DNA of 64,000 bases from positions 5,311 through 69,310 of IMG/VR virus record IMGVR_UViG_3300048815_000026. One strand, written 5' to 3'. The notes beneath the pieces were generated by a model. The model worked only from the letters and a program-made list of their open reading frames with translations, was not told where the DNA came from and ran no database searches. Below are positions 8,289 through 17,620 of this stretch, piece by piece. Within the stretch, counting starts at the first letter, position 1. Every line of letters begins with the position of its first letter. The translations under genes and the position numbers were made by a program. The stretch comes from a virus.

Positions 8289-9422
8289 ATGAGCACAGCC
8301 ACCGTTACACAACTCACACCCGTCAAGTCGGAGATGTTTACCCACGCCGCTTACGATCCCGACACTTTCACCCTCACCGTCCGCTACCACCCCACCAAGA
8401 GCAATGCCGCCGGGGCCACCTTCCAACACCTCAACATCTCGGAAGAACTGGCCGATGATTTCTTCAAGGCCGCCTCGCTGGGCAAATTCTTTCTCCAGCA
8501 CATCAAGGGCAACCCCGACCACCCCAGCCACAAGATCCACGAAAGCGAACTGACGCCGGCCGCGGCGCTGCTCGACCAGCTGAAAGGCTCGCTCGCGGCG
8601 GCAAACCCGGAGCGTGCCGTCGTCAACCTCCAAGCAGTGAAGAAAGCAGTCGACCGCGCCCAGGAACAGGCTCGGGAAATTGCCGAAAACGACGGAAGAA
8701 CATTCGTCAACACCGCCGTCCCTGAAGTCTCCGCAGACCAGGACGAGATGAAGCTGCAGGCCCTCGAAGTGGCCACCCAGGTAAAAGCGCTGATCATCCA
8801 GACTGCCGATGACTACGCTATCGCCGGCAACGAACTGGTGCGCCTGCGCACTATGCGCAAACAGGCTCAGGAGCGCGTCAACCGCATCAAGCATCCTGCC
8901 TACGAAACCTACAAGGCGGCGCTGCAGCTGGAGCACGACGTCATGGAACCCTACCACCAGGCCGAGCAGTTCCTCGATGGCGGCATGGCCACCTACCGCC
9001 AGCACGAGCGCCAGCAGCGCCTGCTCGCCGAGCAGGAGGAGAACCGCAGACGCCTCGAGGCCGCGGAGGCCGAAGCCAGGCGCAAAGCCGAAGAAGCCCG
9101 CGCTGAAGACCTCAAGACCGCGAAAGCCCAGGGCAATCTGGTGCAAGTGGCCGAACTCCTGCAACAGCCGCTGGAGTTGACTCCCATGCCCGTGCAAAGG
9201 GCGGTCCTGCCCACAGCCGTGCCCGCAGTCAAAGGCATCATTCAGCGGCCGCCGGAATGGCACTGGCGCGTGAAGCAGGGCGCAGAGCACCTGATCCCCC
9301 GCGAGTACCTGGTGCTCAACGAGAAGGCCATCGGCGCCGCCGTGCGCACCCAGAAAGGCCTGACCAAAATCGCCGGCATTGAAGTCTGGTCCGAAGAGGC
9401 CAAGGTGGGAGTGAAAGCATGA
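8289..9422 (+). CDS. KTSC domain fused to recombination-associated coiled-coil protein
   Basis: VKSEMFTHAAYDPDTFTLTVRY...AASLGKFF (KTSC); coiled coil; IPREYL..KAI..IAGIEV end. Confidence 0.75.
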   Translation: MSTATVTQLTPVKSEMFTHAAYDPDTFTLTVRYHPTKSNAAGATFQHLNISEELADDFFKAASLGKFFLQHIKGNPDHPSHKIHESELTPAAALLDQLKGSLAAANPERAVVNLQAVKKAVDRAQEQAREIAENDGRTFVNTAVPEVSADQDEMKLQALEVATQVKALIIQTADDYAIAGNELVRLRTMRKQAQERVNRIKHPAYETYKAALQLEHDVMEPYHQAEQFLDGGMATYRQHERQQRLLAEQEENRRRLEAAEAEARRKAEEARAEDLKTAKAQGNLVQVAELLQQPLELTPMPVQRAVLPTAVPAVKGIIQRPPEWHWRVKQGAEHLIPREYLVLNEKAIGAAVRTQKGLTKIAGIEVWSEEAKVGVKA

Positions 9423-9799
9423 GCCGCAAAAAGACCATCCTGCTGTACTGCGAAGACGAGCAAGAGCGCGCCGTGCTCTCCACGCTGTTCTGGGTCCGCT
9501 ACTACAAGGTGATCGGCGGACTCTCGGCCGAGCCGCCCATCCCTGACCTGGCGGTGGTGGTCGATACCCGCTCCCACTCCACCGGCAAGATGGCCAAAGC
9601 TATCAAGGAATTTCTGCCGTCCATCCCCATGCTGGTCATCCTCGACGACAACCGCAACGCCCTGCCCGATGGCTATCCGCTGGACGTCGAACTGCTGCCC
9701 GCGAGAACTCTGCCCATCATGCTGCTGGAGCGCCTGCGCGTGCTCCTCAAGCGCAAGCATCACCCCCTGAAAGGCCTCCCCCGCGAGGTGGCCGCGTGA
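9419..9799 (+). CDS. degenerate stand-alone response-regulator receiver domain
   Basis: KKTILLYCEDEQ..DLAVVVD..IPMLVI..LLERLRVLLKRK. Confidence 0.6.
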   Translation: MSRKKTILLYCEDEQERAVLSTLFWVRYYKVIGGLSAEPPIPDLAVVVDTRSHSTGKMAKAIKEFLPSIPMLVILDDNRNALPDGYPLDVELLPARTLPIMLLERLRVLLKRKHHPLKGLPREVAA

Positions 9800-10914
9800 G
9801 CTTTAGGATCCTCCAGGGCGACGTGATCAAGCGGCTGCGCGATCTGCACGGCAGAAGCGTGGATTGCGTGGTCACGTCGCCCCCTTATTGGGGCTTGCGC
9901 GATTACGGCGTCCCGGGCCAGCTCGGCCTGGAGCCCACACCGGCGGAATACATCGCCAAGATGGTGGACGTGTTTCGCGAAGTGCGGCGGGTACTCCGCA
10001 AAGACGGCACCTGCTGGGTCAACATGGGGGACAGCTACGTTTCCACCGGCGGCGTCCGCGCCCATGGCTGGCAGCCGGAGACCAACGGCCGCGGCGAACC
10101 AAACACGTACCCCAAGCGGGACGGCGAGACGATTATGCCGATGGCGCGCAACCGCCAGCGCAAAGATGCCGACCCCAAGCGGCGCCATTCTGCGCAGACA
10201 TCCATCTACCGCGGCGCCTGCGCCTCCGGTTCGCTTAAAGCGAAAGACCTTTGCGGCATCCCCTGGCGCCTGGCGTTCGCTCTCCAGAATGACGGTTGGT
10301 GGTTGCGCCAAGACATCATCTGGCACAAGCCGAACCCGATTCCGGAGAGCATCACGGATCGTTGTACGAAGGCGCACGAATACATCTTCCTGTTGAGCAA
10401 GAGCGCCACTTACTACTTCGACGCCGACGCCATCAAAGAGCCAGCTTCCCTTAACACGCACGATCGCGGTTCCAACCCCGTAAATCCGAAAGCGAAATGG
10501 AAGACACCCGACGGCTGGGATACCAGCAAGGGTGAGGGCGGCCATGGTGCTTTTCATCGCAAAGGCCGCGAGGCCGGTAAAGTCAAACAGAACGAGAGTT
10601 TCTCGGCCGCGCTAGTCGGCAAACCCGATAACCGCAACAAGCGCTCCGTCTGGACCGTCGGCACCCAGGCCTTCCCTGAAGCACACTTCGCCACCTTCCC
10701 CGAGAAACTGATAGAGCCTTGCATCCTTGCCGGCTGCCCCGCCGGCGGAACAGTCCTCGATCCCTTCAGCGGATCGGGAACCACCGGCGTGGTCGCCCTG
10801 CGCTATCACCGCAACTACATCGGCATCGAGCTCTCGGCAGAGTATGCAGCCATGAGCGAGCGCCGCATCACGTCCGACTCACCCCTCTTCAATCAAGGAG
10901 AAATCACCGCATGA
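9796..10914 (+). CDS. N4-C/N6-A DNA methyltransferase (beta class)
   Basis: TSPPY; HFATFP; DPFSGSGTT. Confidence 0.95.
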   Translation: MSFRILQGDVIKRLRDLHGRSVDCVVTSPPYWGLRDYGVPGQLGLEPTPAEYIAKMVDVFREVRRVLRKDGTCWVNMGDSYVSTGGVRAHGWQPETNGRGEPNTYPKRDGETIMPMARNRQRKDADPKRRHSAQTSIYRGACASGSLKAKDLCGIPWRLAFALQNDGWWLRQDIIWHKPNPIPESITDRCTKAHEYIFLLSKSATYYFDADAIKEPASLNTHDRGSNPVNPKAKWKTPDGWDTSKGEGGHGAFHRKGREAGKVKQNESFSAALVGKPDNRNKRSVWTVGTQAFPEAHFATFPEKLIEPCILAGCPAGGTVLDPFSGSGTTGVVALRYHRNYIGIELSAEYAAMSERRITSDSPLFNQGEITA

Positions 10915-11096
10915 ACCGACCTCAGATCGTCGACCAAATCGACCACCGCATCAGCCAACTGCAACAGGCCAAGTGGCTATTAGGCGGAACGCCTATCACC
11001 AAGCCGGCCCGCGACCAGCGCACTATCAGCAAGGAAAGCCGCCTCAGAATGTCCGCTACACAACTCGCCCGCCGGGCCAGGGAGCGCAAAGGGTAG
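10911..11096 (+). CDS. small basic DNA-binding-like protein
   Basis: IDHRISQLQQAKWLL...RTISKESRLRMSATQLARR; AAGGAG RBS. Confidence 0.65.
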   Translation: MNRPQIVDQIDHRISQLQQAKWLLGGTPITKPARDQRTISKESRLRMSATQLARRARERKG

Positions 11097-11714
11097 ATGA
11101 AGGTGCTGGTAGCCTGCGAAGCATCTGGCGTGGTTCGCGAAGCCTTCCGCCGTCGAGGGCACGACGCCTGGTCCTGCGATATCGAGCCAGCTGAGGATGG
11201 GTCCATTTGGCACATCCGCGACGACGCGCGCTCAGTGCTCACAGTTCGTTCGATTTGCTGGGATCTCATGATCGCGCATCCGCCATGCCGATATCTAAGC
11301 CGCGCCGGCGCGGCCTGGACACACGTTGGCGACCGAATGGTGCAGCGAGAATTGGCCATGCAGTTCTTTATGGAAATCGTCCGGGCGCCGATCGGAAGGA
11401 TATGTGTCGAGAACTCCGAAGGCTATCCGCGGCACGCCTACCGGCCTCCCGATCAGGTGGTCAACCCTTTCGAGTTTGGCCACGATGAACGAAAGAAAAC
11501 GCTGCTGTGGTTGAAGAACCTGCCGCCTTTATTCGCCACCATGATCCACCAGCCAGAAAAACCGCGGTTCACGGATCGCGGCGGCAAGAGACGCTACTTT
11601 GTGGATGCGATGCCCGACAGCAAGAATCGCCGGCAACGCCGCAGCCGCACTTTCCACGGCATCGCTGAAGCCATGGCCGAACAATGGGGGACTCTATGCC
11701 CGACAAACCACTAG
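11097..11714 (+). CDS. phage C5-cytosine methyltransferase-like protein
   Basis: VLVACEASG, AHPPC, VEN, RSRTFHGIAEAMAEQW. Confidence 0.85.
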   Translation: MKVLVACEASGVVREAFRRRGHDAWSCDIEPAEDGSIWHIRDDARSVLTVRSICWDLMIAHPPCRYLSRAGAAWTHVGDRMVQRELAMQFFMEIVRAPIGRICVENSEGYPRHAYRPPDQVVNPFEFGHDERKKTLLWLKNLPPLFATMIHQPEKPRFTDRGGKRRYFVDAMPDSKNRRQRRSRTFHGIAEAMAEQWGTLCPTNH

Positions 11715-11884
11715 TCACCAAATGCGAAATGCCCGACTGCGACGGCTCGCTCGTCTATTCCTGCATAGACCACATCGGAGAGCCCACCTTCGCCATCGTC
11801 TCCGGCGATGTCCTCACCCTGGAATGCGCCGTCTGCGGTAACGTCGTCTGCTACCTGCGTGTCACCGGAGAAGTGGAACTATGA
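11684..11884 (+). CDS. small Cys-rich protein
   Basis: CxxxxC / CxxC. Confidence 0.55.
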   Translation: MGDSMPDKPLVTKCEMPDCDGSLVYSCIDHIGEPTFAIVSGDVLTLECAVCGNVVCYLRVTGEVEL

Positions 11885-12063
11885 AGATCCAAACCGTCAC
11901 CATCGGACGCCTGTGTTCCAACAAGGGGTGCAAGCGTGTTGCCCGGCAGGCTCGCTGGTTCAACAACTTCTGGATCTCCTACTGCGACGACTGCTGGGGA
12001 AAAGTCATCACGCTCGACATGGATAAGATCCCCACACCGCAGAAGGGAGCCGCAACCCTATGA
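11881..12063 (+). CDS. small Zn-finger protein
   Basis: CSNKGC...CDDC; ATGA overlaps. Confidence 0.6.
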   Translation: MKIQTVTIGRLCSNKGCKRVARQARWFNNFWISYCDDCWGKVITLDMDKIPTPQKGAATL

Positions 12064-12596
12064 ACGCACATCCGACCCTCTTTCCCAAAGAAGCGAAGTC
12101 ACGGTTCCTAACCATCACCGGCGATCGCTACCGCAACATGGTAGCGCGCCTGGCGAAAAAGCACATGGCGGTGCCCTTCAACGGCCGCGACCTCCGCGAG
12201 CATGTCCTCGATCACATGGGCGACCGCTACGACGGCGCCCTCAAGTGCCCTTACTGCCGGCGCGTCTGCGATATCTCCGAGGTGGAATTCGACCACGCTA
12301 CCCCGCTCAGCCGCGGCGGCTCCCCAGGCCTCGACAATATCGAGTACCCCTGCGCCGCCTGCAATGCGCAGAAAGGCGAAATGCTGCCCTGGGAATTCGT
12401 CAAGCTCTTGGATTTCCTCGAGCATGCCCTGCCCCTGGCGCGCACCAGCATCCTCAAGCGACTGCAGGAACACTCCAAGCTGCTGGCCACCAAGCGGCGC
12501 AGCGAAATGTTGATTCGTAACCACGGCGTACCGCCGGCCAAGCGACCGGCCCCCGGCAAACCACCCATGATCTCAGCCATCGAGGAGGCATTTTGA
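12060..12596 (+). CDS. HNH endonuclease
   Basis: CPYC..FDHATPLSRGG..NI..CAACNAQK. Confidence 0.9.
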   Translation: MNAHPTLFPKEAKSRFLTITGDRYRNMVARLAKKHMAVPFNGRDLREHVLDHMGDRYDGALKCPYCRRVCDISEVEFDHATPLSRGGSPGLDNIEYPCAACNAQKGEMLPWEFVKLLDFLEHALPLARTSILKRLQEHSKLLATKRRSEMLIRNHGVPPAKRPAPGKPPMISAIEEAF

Positions 12597-12835
12597 AAAT
12601 CACCATCGAAAACACCGACACCATCACCCTGCTCATCACTCCCGACGGCGGCAAGATGCCCGGCCGCCTTTGGGTTGGCACCACCGAAAGCGGCGTGCCT
12701 GTCCACTGCTTTATCACCCGCATCTCCCCGCAAACCCGAGAGCCGGAAAAGATCGTTCAATTCGAGAACGAACTGCAGGAGACCCCACCGCCCAGGGATG
12801 ACCTCGGCGCCATCCCGCTGCGCATGATCCTCTAA
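12593..12835 (+). CDS. hypothetical protein
   Basis: GAGGAGG RBS, TTG start. Confidence 0.7.
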   Translation: MKITIENTDTITLLITPDGGKMPGRLWVGTTESGVPVHCFITRISPQTREPEKIVQFENELQETPPPRDDLGAIPLRMIL

Positions 12836-12864
12836 ACGCACCACTCACCCTGAAAGGAGTCACA

Positions 12865-13473
12865 GTGTCCGATCAATACCTCAGCAAGACCTTCTTTCCC
12901 GGCACCCGCAAGCAGCTGCGCGTGCAAAACGTCCAACTGCTCACCGACAAAGCCGGCGTCAAGCGCATCAAGCTGGCACTGGATATGTCTCTGGCCGATG
13001 ACAAACTGGTGGGCATGCCCTCCTGGGTGGCCGAAGCCTACGACCACATGGCCGAAGAGGAGAGTCAGGAAGTCTCCACCAAATTCGCCGTCGACCTCGA
13101 CGAAATGACGCTGTACATCCACACCACAGAGGACGTCGACCACCACGCCATCACCGCCTTCTCTGTGAAGCTGAAAAATTTCAAACTCACCCGGGAAAAG
13201 ACCGATGAGGACGACGAAGAACAGCCCGACCTGGCGCTGTGCTTCGAGGCCTATCTACCCGACAATCGCAGCGCCTGGAACTGGCTCTACGACTACAGCA
13301 AAAAGTTCATCTTCGTTCGTTTCGACACCACCCAGCCCGACCTTGCGGCCGCAGCCAAGCCAGCAGACAAGCAAATGAAACTCGGAGAGCTAACTAAAGA
13401 GCAAATCGAAGCCGAACGCCGCGAGGCCTGCAGTCCGGAGCACGACGCCGAATTTGCAAGCGTAGGGAAGTGA
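12865..13473 (+). CDS. hypothetical acidic protein
   Basis: AAGGAG RBS, 202 aa, phage-like codon usage. Confidence 0.75.
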   Translation: MSDQYLSKTFFPGTRKQLRVQNVQLLTDKAGVKRIKLALDMSLADDKLVGMPSWVAEAYDHMAEEESQEVSTKFAVDLDEMTLYIHTTEDVDHHAITAFSVKLKNFKLTREKTDEDDEEQPDLALCFEAYLPDNRSAWNWLYDYSKKFIFVRFDTTQPDLAAAAKPADKQMKLGELTKEQIEAERREACSPEHDAEFASVGK

Positions 13474-13476
13474 GAA

Positions 13477-13983
13477 ATGGAATACGGCGCGCGGTGCCAC
13501 CTCCAGCTCTATCGACTCATTCCCCTCACTCAGGGGAAGTGGGCTACTGTTGACGCCACGGATTACGCGTGGCTGTCGCAATGGAAGTGGCACGCAAGCT
13601 ACAGGCCTGAGAGAGACTGCTATTACGCTATTCGCCGTGGCGCGCACCCGGTTTATATGCACCGAGCCATTCTGGGGCTCGAACACGGTGATCCGCGGTG
13701 GGGAGACCACATCGAACCACCTAAAACCCTAGATAACAGACGGCTCAACCTGCGAGTCGGCAGCGCAGAACAAGGCATTTGGAATAGAAGAAGGTCGCGA
13801 AACAACACCAGCGGATTCAAGGGAGTTTACTGGCGCAAAGACTTAGGCTTGTGGCGCTCCCAAATCTGCGCTGCAGGGGTGCGAATCCACCTCGGATACC
13901 GCACCACTGCAGAGGCGGCATATACAGAACTCTACGTGCCCGCGTGCCTGCGGTACCACGGAGAGTTTGCGAGGATCGCCTGA
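13477..13983 (+). mobile_element. HNH-AP2 homing endonuclease gene
   Basis: IPLTQGK, MHRAI, DH..LDNRRLNLR, SGFKGV..W..I..HLG. Confidence 0.9.
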
Positions 13984-14174
13984 TGGCGCCAGAGCATTTT
14001 ACAAAGGCAACAGTGGCCGCGTCTTTTTGGTGTGCGAAGTGCGCCAAGCCCACCTTCCACCGCGTCGACAACGGCCGCCGCGGCCCCTGCCACGAGTGCA
14101 TGCAGAAGCTCGAGGCCGAACGATTGAAGCCCAAGCCGCCCCCGCCGGCGCAACAAGAGGACTTGTTCTCATGA
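13983..14174 (+). CDS. small Zn-finger protein
   Basis: CAKC..H..CHEC. Confidence 0.65.
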   Translation: MAPEHFTKATVAASFWCAKCAKPTFHRVDNGRRGPCHECMQKLEAERLKPKPPPPAQQEDLFS

Positions 14175-14791
14175 GCGAAACCCGCTACCCCCTGCTGTGG
14201 CCCAGCTACGTCCCCCGCACCAACGACCACGCGCGTAAACGCGCCGCCTTCAAATCGCCTCGCCAGGGCACTTATCCCGGCCCGAAGACCATGGCCGCCG
14301 CACTCAGCTCTCTGCAGGCGCAGATGGACAACCTCGCCGGCGCATCGCAAATGGTTCTGTCCAGCAACGTGGTCCTCCGCCTCGACGGCTTCCCCCGCAG
14401 CGACCAGGCCAAGCCCAAAGACCCCGGCGCCGCGCTCTACTTAAACCGCAATGGCAAACGCCTCTGCTTTCCCTGCGATAAGTGGGAGCGCGTGGAAGAC
14501 AACATCTACGCCATCGCCATGCACCTCGATGCCATGCGCGGCATGGAGCGCTGGGGAGTGGGCACCACCGAGCAAGCCTTCGCCGGCTACAAGGCCCTGA
14601 GCGCCGGCGAGGACTGGTGGGACGTGCTGGGCTGCAGTGAACACTCAGAGGTTGAGCAAATCAACTCTGCCTATTGGAAGCTGGCCCAGATCGCCCACCC
14701 CGACAAACCCGGCGGCTCGAGCGACGCCATGGCCCGGCTCAACAAAGCCCGCGAAGAAGCCTTCGCCGCACTGAAAGCAACGGTGGCATGA
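14171..14791 (+). CDS. DnaJ-domain protein
   Basis: YPLLWP..CDKW..RWGV; C-terminal J domain with HPD. Confidence 0.9.
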   Translation: MSETRYPLLWPSYVPRTNDHARKRAAFKSPRQGTYPGPKTMAAALSSLQAQMDNLAGASQMVLSSNVVLRLDGFPRSDQAKPKDPGAALYLNRNGKRLCFPCDKWERVEDNIYAIAMHLDAMRGMERWGVGTTEQAFAGYKALSAGEDWWDVLGCSEHSEVEQINSAYWKLAQIAHPDKPGGSSDAMARLNKAREEAFAALKATVA

Positions 14792-15030
14792 CGGGCCTGG
14801 TCAACATCTCCGGCGGCGACATCATCCGCGTGTTCCCCGTGCGCACGCACTGGACGCCGACTGATCTAAGAGACGTTTTTGACCTGGGCTTCATGCCCTA
14901 CTGCCAGCTGTACCAACCGCCGACCGCCGACCGGCCGACGAAAATCTATTCCGCTGAGTGGAAAGCAGTGATGCGTAAGTGGTGCCGCCCAGCCGCATAC
15001 ATGGGAAGGGAGCCCCATGGGACTCTATAA
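14788..15030 (+). pseudogene. internally deleted radical-SAM-like phage gene
   Basis: IIRVFPVRTHWTPTD joined directly to VFDLGFMPYCQLYQ..EWK..RKWCRPA. Confidence 0.45.
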
Positions 15031-15367
15031 CTTCAAATCGCAATTCGTGCCTAAGATCCTCGCCGGCGAGAAGACGCACACCATCCGCGCGGTCAGGGCC
15101 AACCCCGACAAACCCGGTAACACGCTGCATCTCTACACCGGCCTGCGCCATAAGGGCGCCCAGCTGCTGATGCGCGCCCAGTGCAGCAAGGTCGAGGCGA
15201 TCGAGATCAGTCCCGAGGGCGACATCCTGATCGATGGGACCGAACTGGGCGAAGACGAAATCGAACAGCTCGCCCGCCGCGACGGCTTCGAGAGCCACGC
15301 CGAAATGATGAGGTTCTGGGAGGGCCGGCTCCCCTTTACCGGCCACATCATCCACTGGAGAAAATAA
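15017..15367 (+). CDS. ASCH/PUA-like domain protein
   Basis: FVPKILAGEKTHTIR..PGNTLHLYTGLR..LARRDGF. Confidence 0.85.
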   Translation: MGLYNFKSQFVPKILAGEKTHTIRAVRANPDKPGNTLHLYTGLRHKGAQLLMRAQCSKVEAIEISPEGDILIDGTELGEDEIEQLARRDGFESHAEMMRFWEGRLPFTGHIIHWRK

Positions 15368-15907
15368 ATGTCCGTCGGCCTAATGGAATGGCGAACCATC
15401 CCGGGGTTTCCCGATTACGAAGTCTCCAGTGATGGCCAAGTAAAGCGAATCGCCGCCGATAAGTCCGGACGCTTCGCTGGCCACATTATGTCCCAATGTT
15501 TATCGACAAAGGGTTGCTACCGGATCGTCAGCTTGCGAGACCGCTGCGGTAAGAGATCGACGCGTACAGTTCATTCGCTCGTTGCCGTTGCGTTCCATGG
15601 ACCGTACCCGCCAGGCAAGGAAGTGCGCCATGAGGACGGCATCGGGATGCATAACCACGCGGCCAACCTCCTCTACGGCACAAGAAAAGAAAATGCTGAG
15701 GACAGGATACGCCACGGGAACAGCCGACGTGGACCGCTGGCAAGAGATGCCAAGCTGTCATGGGATGCCGTGCGGCGCATCCGGTCAACGCCATTTACGC
15801 GAGGGACAGCGACTCGCTTCGCAGAGGAATTCGGCACCGCCGCCGGATCAATCATTAAGGTCAAGCGCGGGGTCACATGGAGGGAAGAAACATGTCAGTT
15901 GGGTTGA
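15368..15907 (+). mobile_element. NUMOD4-HNH homing endonuclease gene
   Basis: EWRTIPGFPDYEVSSDGQV; VHSLVAVAF..VRHEDG..NH..NL. Confidence 0.9.
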
Positions 15908-17319
15908 TCAACTGGGTGCGCAGTTTCACCTACGACCAAAACGGGGCCATCATTCGTAACCAGAACGGGCCCGTATTCGCCGCCCACCCGCAACCCAACC
16001 TCTGGTCGCTGATCGCCGCCAACGCAAAAAGCCTGGCAGAGTCCTTCGACCTGATCCAGCTGCCCCCGGCTTCCCACGGCTACGGAGAAGGCTATTCCCC
16101 CTTCGAATTACGCGACCTCAACTCCAATTGGGGAGCCGTTGAGGAACTGATCGCCGCCGTCACCACCTGCCACGCCGCCGGCATGCTGGTCTCGACCGAT
16201 CTCCCGTTTCGCCAGATGAGCGGCGCCAATGGCGGACCAGGCGTCTTTCTCTACGACGGCCGGCCGGGGGAAACCACCGCGTCCTGGTTTCAGTTCTTCA
16301 ACAACCCGGGCGAAACCCTGCCGCCCTTTGTCCCCCAGGACAGCGTGCCCAACGCGCAAGGGAATTACGCCTTCGGGACCGTGCGCAGCTACGAAAACTG
16401 CATCCCCGCCGGCGTGGTCGAAGCCGACACCACAGACGTGCTGGCCACCATGATAAACACGCTGGGCTTGATTCCCGGCAAAGACATTCCCCGCTGGGAT
16501 GACGGCAAGGGCATGCACGCGCCCAGCTGCCTGCGCATCATGAACTCGCAACCGTCGCTGGATTTCTATGTCGAATACTTCTCCGGCAACCCAGCCGAGC
16601 TCGACTGGTACGTCCGCGATGTGATGCAGAACCGCTGCGCGGTCGAAGACTACGCCCAGTATTGGCACACCCAAAACGCCTGCAATGGCTATGACGCGCG
16701 GCAATTCGACGCCGGCGGCGGTGGCTACTGGCGATGGAACTCCGCCGCCTCGATCGGCTTCGTCAACAACCCTGATGTGGCCACGAGCTGGTCGGCCACC
16801 GGCGGCATCTCGCAGCAGATTGCGTTTAATTTGCTGCTCGCCTATGCCCATGGCATGTGTCTGCCGTACAAGGAATTTCTGGTCTATGCCGAAGACTACT
16901 TCCCATCAAGCCCTGACTACCCCACCGGTCGCGGGCTTAAAGTTTGGATCGACAACCTATGCTGGTTTAGCCGCACATTTGCATTCGGAAACTTTGAGAA
17001 GCGCTGGGAGGATAAAGATGTCTACGCATACACTCGCGACGGCAATGGAGGATCGGTTGGCTGGAGCGGCGGCTGCCTGGTCGCTATCAACTTCAACACT
17101 CTCAACCCCAGAACCATCACGGTCCAAACCCCCTGGCCCGAAGGCGAGCAAGTCCACAACTACTCCGCCACCGGCCACAATGAGGACTACACCGTCGGCC
17201 CCGGCGGCCGGCTCACCGTCACCGTCCAATCGAACTACTTCTCCGGCGGCCAGTCCTACCTGCTGATCGCCCCCGGAGGAGTCAACCACCCTGTAAAGAT
17301 GCACCCAATCGCCGCCTAA
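15892..17319 (+). CDS. GH13 alpha-amylase-like glycoside hydrolase
   Basis: IQLPP..GYSP..WG..EL; RWD, VEYF and FVNNPD catalytic regions; C-terminal beta domain. Confidence 0.8.
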   Translation: MSVGLINWVRSFTYDQNGAIIRNQNGPVFAAHPQPNLWSLIAANAKSLAESFDLIQLPPASHGYGEGYSPFELRDLNSNWGAVEELIAAVTTCHAAGMLVSTDLPFRQMSGANGGPGVFLYDGRPGETTASWFQFFNNPGETLPPFVPQDSVPNAQGNYAFGTVRSYENCIPAGVVEADTTDVLATMINTLGLIPGKDIPRWDDGKGMHAPSCLRIMNSQPSLDFYVEYFSGNPAELDWYVRDVMQNRCAVEDYAQYWHTQNACNGYDARQFDAGGGGYWRWNSAASIGFVNNPDVATSWSATGGISQQIAFNLLLAYAHGMCLPYKEFLVYAEDYFPSSPDYPTGRGLKVWIDNLCWFSRTFAFGNFEKRWEDKDVYAYTRDGNGGSVGWSGGCLVAINFNTLNPRTITVQTPWPEGEQVHNYSATGHNEDYTVGPGGRLTVTVQSNYFSGGQSYLLIAPGGVNHPVKMHPIAA

Positions 17320-17337
17320 CCGAAAGGAGCAACATCT

Positions 17338-17565
17338 ATGACCACCGATCCCAACGAAGCCATCGCGGAAGAACTGCTCACCGCAGTAGTCAGCGCAGAT
17401 GAAGAGATCCTGCAGGCTGACCCCCTGCCCAAGCTCCCCGTAACCTACGAGGAAAAGGAAGCGCTCGCCAACAAAATCTGGAGAGACAATGGCGCCGTCG
17501 AAAACGACCCGCGCACCCTCAACAACTGGCTCGACGCCGAGATCATCCTCGAGACCAAGAGCTAA
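17338..17565 (+). CDS. DUF2934-like protein
   Basis: LANKIWRDNG...NWLDAE; AAGGAG RBS. Confidence 0.6.
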   Translation: MTTDPNEAIAEELLTAVVSADEEILQADPLPKLPVTYEEKEALANKIWRDNGAVENDPRTLNNWLDAEIILETKS

Positions 17566-17620
17566 AAAGGAAACCGGCCTGCCGTTCGCAAGGGCGGCAG
17601 CGGCCAGAGGGCGGTTAAAA

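Noticed and set aside
8178-9290. Long antisense ORFs (also 40280-41362, 42850-43980, 51545-52726)
   Set aside because: Shadow frames of GC-rich real genes with no recognisable motifs
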